NCBI GenBank assembly: GCA_021613535.1
Contig: CP075495.1
Location: 10,354,001-10,418,000, forward strand
Direction: 5' to 3'
DNA from: Adineta vaga
Lineage: Eukaryota > Animalia > Rotifera
Length of the DNA: 64,000 nucleotides
The notes under the pieces were generated by a model. The model was given only the letters and a program-made list of their open reading frames with translations. It did not search any database and was not told where the DNA came from. Each line of letters begins with the position of its first letter. Positions within the stretch are counted from its first letter, which is position 1. The position numbers and the translations under genes are program-made. Shown in pieces: positions 22,479 to 36,755 of the stretch.

Positions 22479-23506
22479 ATGAGTGATGAAGAGCTCACAA
22501 CTGAAATTACAGATCGAGTGACTGTTTCAGAAAAACCACTTGTAACATCATTATCGGCAGCAGAACCAACAGCAGCAACAGCAGCAGCTACTCCTGCACC
22601 AACATCTGCTAAAGATGATGAACATGCTAAACGTAAAAAGGAAATGATCGAACGGTTTGCACAATATTATGAAATTGATTCGAAACTAGTTAGTCGAATT
22701 CAAATGTTAGAAGATTATGATCTTGTTATTCTATGTGATGATTCAGGTTCCATGAATACACCTATTCACGGAACAACAACAAATCGTTGGGATGAATGTC
22801 GACAAATGGTTCATGTTATTGTCGATGTTTTCAGTGCATTTGATCCCAATGGTGTTGATGTTTATTTTTTAAAGTAAAAGAAGATTTATTCGAAAAATTC
22901 AATCGAATATCTATGTCATTTTCATTTAGTCGATCACCAATGTTGAAAGTGAAAGATACGAAAAAAGTTCATGAATTGTTCGAAAAACCACCCAATGGTT
23001 TAACACCAATGGTAGCCGCATTGCGTGCAATAATTCAAGCGAAAAATATGGATAAAACAGGAAGAAAGAACATACTTATTTTGATTGCTACGGATGGGTA
23101 AGAAATCGACAGTTGTTTTCATGTAAGAAAATTGTTTTTCTTTTCTTGTTAGTGTTCCAACAAATCCAAAAGGTGAATTGGATGTTGCTGAATTAGAGAA
23201 GGTGATGCGTAATGAACGATCATCAACAACATTCGTCACATTTCTTGCTTGTACGGATGAGCTCGAAGCACTTGATTATTTGAATGATTGGGATCGTACA
23301 ATGGATCGTGTTGATGTTGTCGACGATTATCGATCTGAATTAGCTCAAATTCGTGAAAAACGAGGACCTAATACAAAATTTTCCTTCGGTGACTATCTTA
23401 TCAAGGCATTAATTGGAAGTATCGATCCTAAGTATGTGTAAAGTATTGTCGATTTCTTATTAATATTTGTTTTTATCTTAGTAGAATGGATGCACTCGAT
23501 GAATAA
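22479..23506 (+). CDS. Stand-alone von Willebrand factor A (vWA) domain protein of fungal/protist type, 4 exons
   Basis: MIDAS motif LCDDSGSM, then RWDE, DPNGVDVYFLN, LTP, ILIATDGVP, FLACTD, VDVVDDYRSE and FSFGDYLIKALIGSIDP. Three short GT-AG introns. Confidence 0.85.
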
Positions 23507-26500
23507 AAAATCTATTGATATTGTCAATCGAATACATTTAAATCAAACAAACTTATCAGGTTTTCTCTTCATTCCATCGGATAAATCGAATTTCTTAATA
23601 AAAGATTATCTATATTTTCTATTATAAGCTAATAAATAGAATTTCTAAGATCTCATTAGTTAACTGATGTTGATATAGACAAATGGCGTGAGTATAGAAA
23701 ACAACTTTGGTTAGTAATGACATTATATTAGTTGAATCGATGTTGGATTAATTACGTTGATAAAACAGCAGGCAAGTGACGGGAAAAAAGAAATCAATCG
23801 AGCAGATGTTGAGTGAATTATAATAAATACAAGGCAACAAATGGCAATACGTTTTGAAACATTTGATAAGAAAATCTTGATCATATGCGTAAGCGTAAAT
23901 TTTAATCAAAAATCATATTCTATTAAGAATAATATTTGTTCTTCGTTCAATTAGTTAATGAAAGTTTAAAAATTACATATAAGCTTTTCTTTTCAATCAT
24001 TTAAATGAAACATGGCAAACTATTGAGGATTCAACTAAACGACTATTAGGTCAAAGAGATTATTCTCTTTATTTCGATTGTCTGTTATGTCTTTATCGCT
24101 TGTTATACATTTTATAACTTCTCGCATTGAATTAATCGAATAAAAGAAGACATGATTAATACAAATAAATAAAACAGATGTGTATATTGATGTTTTGTTT
24201 CATATAATAAATATTAAATCAGATACTTCAACGTACCATTGTTTGAAAATCGCGTAAACGAATCCTATGAGATTGTTTAGATGAAAGATCAAACTGTTGA
24301 GAGCAAAAATATACATCCTTTCGCTTTAGTATTTTCAATCAATTATAGATAATTTATGTGAGCATTTTACATTTGATTCCATTCTTTGTTTCTCGCTTAT
24401 GCTTCTTTTCTTTTTGAATGTTTCATTCTAATTATTCTGTTATGTGCATGAGTATGAAAGAAAAAAAAAACTGAAAGGCAGAAAGAAAGTTTTTTTTTCT
24501 AACCCTCTCTCTCTCTCTCTTTTCTCTCTTTATAATGCTGTCATTCGCTATTTCATTAGAAGCATCGTCGTTGCTGTTATTATTCTGAATAACTAGGAGA
24601 AGAAAAAGACGACGACGGCGGTGATGAGGATGATGTTGATGATGATGATGGCGACACAGAAGCAGAGAAGAAGAAGAAGAAGAAGAAAACGACGAAGGAA
24701 CAGAAGATCCACATAGGCAGCGACCTGTTTGATTATTTTGTCACGTCTCTTTGTCGGTGGTGCACGCTTTGGTGGTCTTACTGCTACTGAGAATGCCCGC
24801 AACATCTCTTTGGTTTTCATAACAAAATTAGTTGCTAATATTACTATTGTGTCTACACTTTCATTCAATGTCTGACAAACAGTTGTACCACGCTCCAATT
24901 ATTTGCAGATCTTTTGTCACGATATCAATGCTTGAATTTTGTGACATAATTCGGTAAGATTCTTCGTAGATAATAATCAATAATTATTTGTTCTTAATAA
25001 TTATATATTTATAGAACAACCGTTCAAATACATCTAAAGCTTATTAACTGTTTAATTTAAAAGTTACTTCAAAACTAATTTGTCAATAATATAGACAGTA
25101 TTTCTTTTTCTGCCTCTCCCTCTCTTTCTCTCTTTCTCTCTCTCTCCCTCTTTTCTTCTCCTATTATCCTTCAATATTGTCGACAAATGTATGCTTCGCT
25201 TTTATCATTGAGAGTTAGCTATATTGTCATCATCGACAATAAACAGTAGTGGAATAGTTGTAATGTGTTCGTATGGTGCACGTCGTTTAATCTGATATAG
25301 TTAACTACTACAAAAAGTCTGTTGTTCATCTTATTTTCTTGTTCTTCGATGCTTGCTTTGCTTTTATGACAACGTGCACACGCAATAAGACACTCGTTTG
25401 TGCACAAGAATATGCTTGCGCGATTTGTTCAGTGTTGTGTGCATTTGGCATCATTCTTTTTTGCTAGAGAAAATGACGAGAATGTGAAAGGAAATGATAG
25501 AACGAGAATAGAGCTGAATTACACACACACATAGTTCTCTTCTCATGTGACTAAAAATATGATCTACATGATGCATTGAATGTCTGTTGCATGTGCACTT
25601 CTCGCATTCATCGACTCATCCCCGCCTTCTATTTACTGTTAAGAAAATATTTGTCTATTAAACATCGACTGACTTTTCTTAAAACGATCAACGTAAAAAT
25701 CTATTCAGAATTGATTTGTTTATCGCACCTTATTATTGCTGTAAATCCTTCCTTTTTTTAATCGTATTTTCTACTTTTTTTTCTTTTCTCATTCTTATAA
25801 GTCGAGCTTTTTCCGCTTTTTTGTTGTTTCTGGTGTAATTAACTGAGTCGAATGAGACGTTTGTCGACTTCTCATCATCAACGTTTTACATCTAATAATT
25901 CACGATAAGTTCCCGTCTTCAAAGCACACTACTAGCCGTATAACAATCAACATCCGCATGCCATATACACGTACACATATACACGTTTTCTTTCTATACA
26001 TTTACTATTAACATTGTATGCGATAAAAACCCTAGAAAATGATAGAAAAGTTACGAAAAAAAAAGAAATTTCCTCTATTATTCTCTCGCTTCCATATACA
26101 GTTGATCCAATCGTCGAGTGATCTATCGTCATATATCTATCTATGTGTATACACATATATACAATGAAGAGAAAGACGCAAAGCAACTAGGTGATAGATA
26201 CATAGAGAACCTTAATAGTATCGATCGATTGCCATCACATTGATTGTCGAATTTCTAGGTTTATTATTGTTATTATCTTTGTTGTTGTTGTTGTTGTTGT
26301 TAGTATTAAAGACAACAGTGTGTTGCTTTAAGCGGTATATCTCATCTGCATATGTATATACATAAACATACAACAGAAAAAAATCGAGAATAGTCAGACT
26401 ATGAGAAAAGAAATTTCAATATCTGATCTTTATATGATATCAATGACACTTTATGGCATCGATTCTGATGCGATTTTCTTGAAGAAATCATAAGAGTACA

Positions 26501-27161
26501 TCGGAGGAAAAAATTAGAATCGGAAAACTTGAAATGAATGATAGAAAGAGAAAGTTTTTGATCGAATTTTTGTTGCCCTAAACACCAGACGATTGATTGT
26601 GATATCGTTTACTTGTTCTTTTCTTTTTCAACTAGTAATATTACCAGAATCGATTGTTGACAATTTCTGACAAACGCTCAATTAATTTTCTCTTCTTTTT
26701 CTTCGAAAGAAAGACATGTCGATTTCTACGTGGTATTATTCGAACTAGTTGACATAGAATCTCTAAGACAGGCTCTCCTATCATTAAATAGAACTCTATT
26801 GACTAGTTTTTCGACAGACAGCTACAGTCGATCGATCATTTCATATTTCTGTTCTGCTTTTTCTGGCATTCTTAACAGTGATAATATGTCAGACCATGCA
26901 ATTCATCTATACGAATGTCTATAAAATATATAGATCTAACTAAAAGACAAAAACTTTCTTAGTTTAAATCTCTCTTTCTATTTTTAGACAAATCTGTATA
27001 TAGTTAATTATTTTATTGAACCATATAGAATGCAACAACAGTCAACATCCGATTGCAAAACTGACTATTGTTATTTACCCTTGTTGTCCTGAAGCGATTG
27101 TTTATCCTATCCTCACACACACACATTTATATAAATATAAATATATATATTTGTAAAAGAT

Positions 27162-30100
27162 ATGACATCGATTACAACTTCATCGAAAGTTCAAATTGGT
27201 CACCCAACATTTAGTCGATCAATTGAATCTCATGGTAGTGCACATTCAGCTGATACAAATTATAATGGATGGCGAGGTGAAGGAACAATGGGAAATGAAG
27301 ATATTGGAACTCAAACAGATTATAGCGGTGGTAGCGCTACTGTTGGAAGTATAACTAGTGGTGGCCGAACATTATTAAGTGATTTTAAGCGAAAGAATGA
27401 TCCAATTGGTGACATTAGTCTTGAATCGATGAAATATAATGGAGGTAGATATGAACGAGTCGTGACTTTTTCCTATTCTATCAATTAAAAAGAACGACAA
27501 CGAACTTTTAGTTCCGACAGCAAAGCTTTCAAAAAGATTGAATTTCAATCTCGAGAGATGAGAAAGTAAATTGTATTTCTAAAGCTTACATCATCGACAT
27601 GCTGATGATGAATTAATCGTCAATGACATATCAAACTGAATTTCATTATCATTAGTTCAATTATGATATACTTCTATATTCTGAGCTTTTGAAGAGAACG
27701 AAGATAAGAGAAACATAGAGCACTAGAAAACGAGAGAGAGAGAGAGAACCGGATAGAAAGAACGCACAAAATGGATAATTGATCGACATTCTTTTTTGGT
27801 TTTTTTCTCTTTCTTCTTTTTTTGTCTTTCTCCGACTCTTCTATTTATTTCTAGCTATTCCGTTTCGTCAATTACAACGACCCGATCGTTTAACACGACA
27901 AAGTTCGCGTCAAAGCGAATGCGACGGTTCGTTGCTTGGTGATTTCATGTCGCATACATCGCAACCAGTTATATCGATCAATTCGACTTCCAATGTTGAT
28001 AAAAAACTACTTATATCATCCTCCACAAATGCCCATAATTCAAATGATTTAACATCTATTGCTGTTAGCATTCCTACTCAATCAAATAATTCTCATCGTT
28101 CAAATAATGTAAATGCCAATTCTGATGATACAACATCTCGTCATACACTTGTACAAACTCGTTCAGGTGAATCGAAACGTGTTGAACGAACGTCACGAAA
28201 AGAATGTTATCGTTTGGGAAGACGAAAATTACTCTTTGAAAAACGTCGTAAAGCATCGGATTATGCTCTATTTTTTGCCATGATTGGCCTTTTATTAATG
28301 GTGCTTGAGCAAGAATTAACAATGGCTAAAGTTTATGACAAGGTAAAACGGCAAAACTACCCGCAGATAAATTTTCTTCTTCTTTTTCTTCATCTGCGTC
28401 TCTAAATAATAATATCGTCGAAGCAAAAAAAATGTTAAGGAGAACATGATGTATTGTATTGTATCTATTATAGAGATTACAAAAGTGGTTCGTTAGTGAA
28501 TACTTTCAAGTGCTCTTTCCAAGATCACTTGAATTCTTTTTTCCTCCATCATCAAAAATTATAGATAGAAAGAAAAAGAGAAAAATATATTTATTTTTGA
28601 TTTTATTAATATGTGTAGATCTGCATGTCTTTACATCTGTTATTCATTCTCTGCACCTGAATGAGCTTAATCAGATGAGAAAATACACAATGGATATATA
28701 TAGCTATAGATATCTTTACTAAATAATATGTTTCCTCTCTCGACATGACCCTTCATGATGAAAAGATAAAGAAAAGTTTCTTTACGTACGTTAATGTATA
28801 TAATTTAAAAATAATCTGTAATTATATGTTATGTATAAAGCTATTCAACGTTCAAAAAAATTGGCAGAAAAGATGATGATGATCATCATCTCTGATTATT
28901 AGGTTTCGTCATGTCTTGAATGTATGGATTAGTCTGCACCTTCTTTCTATTTCTTCTTGACAGTCAATGTCATATTCATTCACATGACAAACGTGTTCCT
29001 CAAGTAGATAGAAGTATCTGTCTATGTTAATGATGTCAAAATATGGAGAAAAACAAGATTTGCTAATGATAGGAAAGATAACATTAATAAGAAAAATTCA
29101 TTAATATTCTTTATCAAAACAAAAATAAAGACTAAAATAGACTTCTTTTTTTTCGAATTTTATAGAATTCATATCAAAAGTAATGATTTCCGTCATATGT
29201 GACTAATAAAAACTGAGAGAAGAAAAAAAAGATTTCATATGAATTTATTTTTAGAACAACTGGTGCTCAATGCTTCTTAAATTATTTATAACTTTGTCCA
29301 CATTGATCCTTGTTGCTATGATTATTTTCTATCATGCACTTGAAGTTAAAGTAAGAAAATGATGATTTCATTGTAAATTGACAGACTATCATCGTATGTT
29401 ATTAGTTATTTATGATTGACAATTGTTTGGACGATTGGAGAATTGCAATGACATGGCAACGTGTTCTACAGATTGGTGCTGAAGTATCAAGTAAGAATGA
29501 AGATTTTTTTTCTTCATAAAACTATATTTCAATATGAAACATCGATTAGTTTGTGCAATTCATCCAATACCAGGATCAATAACATTTAACTGGACAACAC
29601 ATATGTCGAATAAAGCTGATAATCATTCATTAATGAAAACAGTTCCAGTTTATGTAGATATTTTACTTTCATTGCCCATGTTCTTTCGACTTTATTTAAT
29701 ATGCCGTGTTATGCTTCTACATAGCAAATTATTTACAGGTTTGCTTCCATAGAATTTCATAACTCGATTTAATTTCCGTTTATTCTTCAGATGCTTCATC
29801 GAGAAGTATTGGAGCTTTTAATCGAATTAAATTTAATACAAGATTCGTAGTAAAAACATTAATGACAATATGTCCTGGAACAGTTTTACTTGTTTTTATT
29901 CTTTCACTTTTTATTATTGCTAGTTGGATATTGAGAGCATGTGAAAGGTAAAGATCTCAAATCATTTTCGTTCTTAATACTTATAGAAGATTGATTTCTA
30001 TTTAGTAATCATGATCCAAAACATCATGGAAATCTTTTAAATTCAATGTGGTTAATTGCTGTTACATTTCTAGCTATCGGTTATGGCGATATCGTACCAA

Positions 30101-31954
30101 ATACATATTGTGGTCGTGCAATTTGTGTCGTATCCGGTTTAACGGTTAGTATTACATCGATTAAATGTCTCGTATCGAGACTTGAAATATTAGTTAGTTT
30201 ATAAGCAGCAAAGGAAATCTATTCATAGAAAATATTATTTTGAGGTCAATTTTTTTTTCATAGATGTTCCAATCTATTAACTTGCTCAACAATTATGTCT
30301 GATTTTCTTTCTAATACGTTGAAATAGATGGTAGTCGATATGAAAACAAACTATTTTCGACAAGAATATTAATCAAGATTTAATCCTAGACATGAATAGA
30401 TTTGACATGAAAGAATTCATTTTTCTCGTGCGTATACATCGAACCATTCGAAATCTTATCTCAATCGTCTATGCTCACTCATAGTAGTAATCTAATTTTC
30501 TAACACTCAAAATCAATGTAAATACATTAAGAATATGAAACATGAGTATGTGTAGGCAGTTACTAAGTACTAAAAATTGTTCGAAAGCACAGAAAATTAT
30601 CATTAATAATATGCTAAAGAAAAGATGAACTCGCGTTTTCTTTTAATAAAAATCAATTTATCTTGTAGGGAGTCTCGTGTACGGCAACCATGGTTGCTGT
30701 TCTAGCACGAAAATTAGAGTTAACACGTGCTGAAAAACATGTTCATAATTTTATGATGGATACACAATTAACAAAAAGAGTATGTAAAAACACGAAGAGG
30801 CAATTCGTTTGAAGAAAATTGAAATTCAATCATCTATTTCCTAGTTGAAAAATGCGGCAGCCAATGTTCTACGTGAAACATGGTTCATTTATAAATACAC
30901 AAAACTTGTTAAAGTTGTTAATGCATCCAGAGTACGAACACATCAAAGAAAATTTCTTCAAGCAATTCACAGGTAAATGAAATGTTAATTCGAAAATAAT
31001 TGAATGACTTTCTTTTTGATATTTCTAGCCTTCGAAAAGTGAAATTAGATCAAAGAAAATTAACTGATAATGTCAATGCAGTATCTGACATTGCTCGAGT
31101 AGGAATACATCGATTGTTTCTTTTAAATATGTTCGTATTTCTTTGTAGCTTCAATCATCAGTGTATGACATTGTTAGTCAAATGTTATCAAATCAAACGG
31201 TTTTAGAAACGAAATTTCATGAATTAGATTCAAGAGTTATGACCATGCAGGTATTGTAACTATTGTTAAATTGAAAATACTGATAAACGGCTAATTTATT
31301 CGAATATATTATCGATATGTTTTGCTTTTTGAGAATCAAATTTTCATCTTGCATTCTGATTAAGCTAGATTCTATTCTTTGATTGAAATCAATCAGATAT
31401 ATTCACGTAGCTACGATTTCGATATGATTACTAATATAATATAACCTAAGGAAATCTTCATCTCATGTTTGTTTTGTCTAAACTAATTAGTTTTTAGTAA
31501 TGAAAAAAAATTGACTTCTGGGAATTACAAACAGTTGCAAAGTGTGTCGTGACCTGTCTATAACAGAACACAAATCTATATATGTACTCAGTAAGTGCGT
31601 GGTTCAGGCGAATATAATTATGAGAATTAACGGCAATTAGCCCATCTTAAAGAAAATAATAGTTATTTTCCAAAGAATTTTTTTCATATAAGCATAACTT
31701 CATAAAAAAAAGTATAGAATTTAACATTTTAAGAAATACGAATACGTAGTTACATTTTTCAAGCTTTGATCGACAACTTTTTATTTTAGTCTCAACTTGA
31801 AAATCTACCTAATTTGATGGTAACAGCCGTTAACGAACAAAATAATCGTCTATGGGAACGATTAGAATCGCATGTTCAAACGCAATTAAACTCTATTCGA
31901 CCGCCATTACCTACAATATCTGTGACTTGTCCTCAACGACAGAATACCGTGTGA
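27162..31954 (+). CDS. KCNN: Small-conductance Ca2+-activated K+ channel (SK)
   Basis: Motifs [63 protein letters not shown], pore [42 protein letters not shown] and the calmodulin-binding [12 protein letters not shown]. The N-terminal exon (27162 to about 27443) is less certain. Confidence 0.96.
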
Positions 31955-33944
31955 TTAAATATTCTTATAATAAAACTATACTTCCTCGTTGAAAATATCA
32001 AGAGAAAAAAAACATTATTTACTAATCATTTCGTTTTTTCTTTAAATTTGGTGCTTTCGGAAGAAGATTCTTTAATACATCGGTTTGTTTTGTTACGTCG
32101 AACTTTCTTTTTTTTTCGAAAGACAATTATTCATGATTCTATAATCAACTGCTCAACATCCATCTATCCAGAAGATATAGATTAAATGAAAAACAAAACA
32201 GAACGAATATTTAGTTGAAATAATGGACACACGTATTATATTAATTCATAAAACAGTAAAATTTTTAATATATAATTTATTTGTTTTTCATTAATGTTGT
32301 TTGTTCTTATCAATTGATGTTGTTCTATTTTTGTATTATAAAAACTGAGTTCAAACATGTGAAAACAAGTTCATAGAACACATATTAAAAAGTCTCAATA
32401 TTAACACGGTCATCTTATCTATAGTTGATATATAACGTCAAGTAGTAATCTTTTTAAAAGAGTTAAGAATTGACGTAACACAGCATACAATCTTTATATA
32501 TAATATGTTCAATACTCATATGCATAGATATTCAAGCTATGGAATATATATGTGTGAAAAGTTGTATAACTTGAAGTTATCGAAAGCTGAAATCAAATTT
32601 TTACTAGTCATCTTTCTACTGACGTCATAAGGTTTATGAAAGGAGTATTTGTATTACGTCCGCTGACTTAGTGCATTAGAATACGATTCATTCGCGTGAC
32701 AATTATTGAAATTTACTTCCGAGATCAATATTCAATTCCCGGATTAAGAACCCTTTTAATATCACACATTCTTACTGTGATATGCAAGCCGTTAAGTCTT
32801 ATAGAGATATTAGAATAATTGAGTTGAATAAGCGGATCATCCGTTCATAATATTATTTATAAAGAACAAAATGCATATAACAATATGATACACACACAAC
32901 AATTCAGTTGTTTGATTGGAGTTAAATTTTCAATCAATATTATATATGAGTTAAGATATCATGTCAGTATTTCGAAAATATCAAAGTTTGGTATACCACC
33001 TGACACGCACTAAAAAACATCGGTCTTTTCTTTTTAATAATTTTTAACAAAAACACGGACAAATAATAAAAATAAAGGACGACATTCAAAATATGATCAA
33101 CTCTTTATTGAATTGAACAATGTTCTTATTAGAAATTCAAATAGAAAAATTATTCTCGATAGAAAGCACAGTAGTATCTTTACTCGTAATCATGAGTGCA
33201 ATTAATCAATTTACTATCGATCACCATCAGTATCTGTCCAATTAGGAATATATTATGAAATCCTATTTTGAATTTATTTGTGAACAAACTCTTGGTATTT
33301 TTCGGGAAGGAAAAGCCTTTCTCTAATACAATCAATTCTTTATCATATATGAAATATAAAGAGTTATTGAGAATGAAAACGTGTTCCGTGCGTTAGGTAT
33401 TTATTTTATTGTACAATCATAATGTTATCTGTTGTTATTGAAGTCTATCGATTCATTGGTTATTATTCAGGATTAAATGATGACGAAATCAAATCACTTT
33501 TTTATTACAATAGGAGTAGCTCTAATCATTTTGTATAGTCTTTCAAATCAATGTGATAGAATTATGAAATTCGTATTTGTTTTTGTAGCTGTTATCTTGT
33601 TGAGCGAAATGAAGAAAAAGAAACGCTTAAAAAAGAAGTCAAAGACACACAACTTTATGTTATAACAAAACGAAGCGAAAAAAAAGTGAAGATATAGATG
33701 AAATAGTTTGCCAGAAAACAAACAGAAAACGAAGGATGCATACATTATTATCATCATCATCATCCTCAGTATAACCAAAACAATAAACAAAGAGTAGAAT
33801 TAGAAAGAGAAGTCATCAATAACAAGAAGAAAAGCAGATAAAGAAAGCACGCACAAGAATCACGTATTGTTTTCTTTTTTCGTTTCGAAGAGAGAGAACA
33901 AAATCGGACCGGTGTATATAACACAAACACATAGAATGATACAT

Positions 33945-36244
33945 TCAATTGTCTGAATTAGTTGTTGATGATAATGTTGAAACATCCGATACGGATTGTT
34001 GCAATTGATTTATCATTGGTTGAGTAATTGAATTCTGAGTATTAGTTACATGTAATGTTGATGTTGAATCATTTGTAATTGATATTGGTTGTTGATTATT
34101 GATCATTTTTTGTATATCAATATTCACAAGACGTTGCTAGAAGGAAGAAGAAAAAAAAGGACAAAATTCATCTTTAGTGTATTTTCATTGTAGAAATATT
34201 TACAAAATCGAATCGTTTCGATAATTGTATAAATGGAGTATTATCATAATGATATCCTGTAACCATTGCTTTAAAGCAAGAACCAAGAATAGTTGGTTTT
34301 ACTAATTCAATGGATTCAGGTGTAAAGTCTTCTAGATCTAAATTAAAAGAAGAGATTCATTTTATCATATGATTAAATTTAAAAATAATATTGAATCAAT
34401 TCGATATTTTACTGTGAATAATCGAAACTTCTTGTAGAGAATTTGTTTTCATTGATCTCAAATCTCACATAACTGATCATCACCATACCAAAAGAGTAGA
34501 TTTTTATCAGAGATAGTTCCAGTATCCAATGTATTCTTCTATCCATCTGTCTGTCGAACTTTTTCTAAGTTTATTTTGTCAATAAAAACAATACTTACTA
34601 TCAGGTGGCACAACATTATCGAGATAAACTTCAACTGCTTGAAATGGAATAACCATAAAATCTTGTCTAAAATATTCATCAATAGAAGTTATCATTGTTG
34701 TTTTATTGTCAAAAAAAACACATTGGGAATATTTTATTTTACCTGAGAACACGTAGCGAACTTGCATTTACATAGAGATAACCTCCATAGTCAAGAAATT
34801 TGATCATAGCCATATCATCATTACTGTTATATACTGTGATTAATGCTCGAAACCAACCAGCTTGAGTTGGTGCTGCACATATGACACCGGCTAGATAATA
34901 GAACAGAAATAAAAGTATGATAGGATTTTTTTGTAAACAAATGTCAGTTACATTGAATAGGTCGAGGCAGAACTGGTGTCATTTCAGTATGATGAAAGAA
35001 AACTGACATAGAATTATCGAGACGAGCAAGTTCAGCATAAGATGGATGAAGAATTTGTTGAACAAAAATATGATTACATGAAACAACACTTGTAACAAGT
35101 ACTTCTGTAGGTATTCCATCAGGTAAATTCAACTAGATCAATTAAGTAAATGAATTGTGATCTATTATTGTTAAACATATGAATTTGTAGATACATACTT
35201 GAGCAACAGATTGAGGAATAGGTACACGTTCAGGTGGACGTTGTCGTAAGACAATTTTCTTATTGATAGGTTTGAAAGCCACTTGTGGATAACGAGAAGG
35301 TGGAAAACGTTTAGCTATCAATTCAATTGCTTGTTCGATATCAACTCGACGACCTAAAGTTATAATTTCAATGAAATAAATTTGTTAACATATTTGAAAC
35401 GAAAATATTATCATACCATGTAAAGCAACAACTTGTTTTTCAAATGAAACAGCATCATCTCGTACAACTAAATCAACCTGAGTCATTTGTCGAATATAAT
35501 CAACATGAACACCTTGTCGACCAATAAGACGACCACACAGTTCCACAGGAAAATGAAATTCATAAATAATTACTTCTTGTTCTTTTGCTTCCTACAAGAC
35601 AAGAAAAATTCACATATCTTGGTTTTGTACAATTATTTACATTAATATTCGTAGACATATCTATTTGAGAAGCATGCACATGGAATTAGTGTCTCCAGAA
35701 GAGAAAAAAACAAAACAATGTCAAGGACATTTTTTATAGAAGTGTTTTTATGTAGAAAATATCTAAGAGATTTTGTTCTCACATATTATCAAAACAAAAT
35801 CTCTAATGGATATCGTAGCCTCAAGTCATGTTTACTATAATAGATAGAAATAATTGACCTATTCAATCATGAACTAAATGAAAAAGATGATTTCATTAAA
35901 CGTAAGGATTCATCAGCTGACTTATCTGTAATTTCTAATCAAATTGATTCTCTTAACTATAACTGAATTATCTAATCAATATTTCGTATTACTTTCTCAG
36001 TAAGTGGTGTCGAGGGAGTTTCAGCTGTGGCTGTTGTTAATGATGATGACGATGATTCGTTTGTATTCAATGAAAATCCGTTAATTTGTTGTATAAGATT
36101 ATCATTCGAATTCGATTGTTTATTTTCTAAATCCATTTTTTTCTCGGATATTAATTTGTTTTTTTTCGACGATGGCACTGCTGATACAGATGGTGGAGGT
36201 TTAATGATAACAGTAGGTTTCGAAATCGAATTTTGATTCTTCAT
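33945..36244 (-). CDS. AKAP1: AKAP1/spoonbill-like KH + Tudor RNA-binding protein
   Basis: KH domain IYEFHFPVELCGRLIGRQG; Tudor region VLVTSVVSCNHIFVQQILHPSY..L.RLD, GVICAAPTQAGWFRA, KFLDYGGY and LRQDFMVIPFQAVEVYLDNVVP. A possible extra 11-codon first exon at 36489-36457 would splice in frame. Confidence 0.85.
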
Positions 36245-36755
36245 CTACAAAAGAAAAGAGAAGAAACAAAGACGAAAAGAACAAAAAAAAAACATTTTTT
36301 TTTCTTTTTATTCTTTAAATGAGTCATGTTTGATGATTTCGTAAGTCACACGGCAACGTACTATAAAAATACGATGTAAACAGAAAAATACTCATGGGGG
36401 ACAAACGAACGAACGAACGAAGAAATCTTTTCTTACTATTGGATATTTGATCTTACCAATAGAAAATATCTCGTAAAAAGCAAATGCATTTGTACTTTAA
36501 TTTAAATATCATAAAGATATTTTTCAATCCTCACCACAACGATTTGTTGATTGTAATAGATCTGATTCAGTTAGAAGTTAGTTATGTTTAATTGAACAAA
36601 TAATATGATTCATAATCAATTGATACATGTAGAATGTTTTTCTTCTAGATCGATATTCATTTTCATTCTTCTGAATTATTTTCTCGTTTATTTTCTTTAT
36701 TTTTATTGTGTGTTTATTAAAATTTTTAAAAAATTAAAAGTCAATTCCTTTCAAA

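Noticed and set aside
24593-24898. 101-aa minus-strand ORF and many similar 60-110 aa ORFs in the track (for example 3348, 10416, 33477, 62111, 63056)
   Set aside because: They are low-complexity translations of microsatellite-like or AT-rich non-coding DNA, or antisense shadows of real exons, with no domain motifs or splice support.
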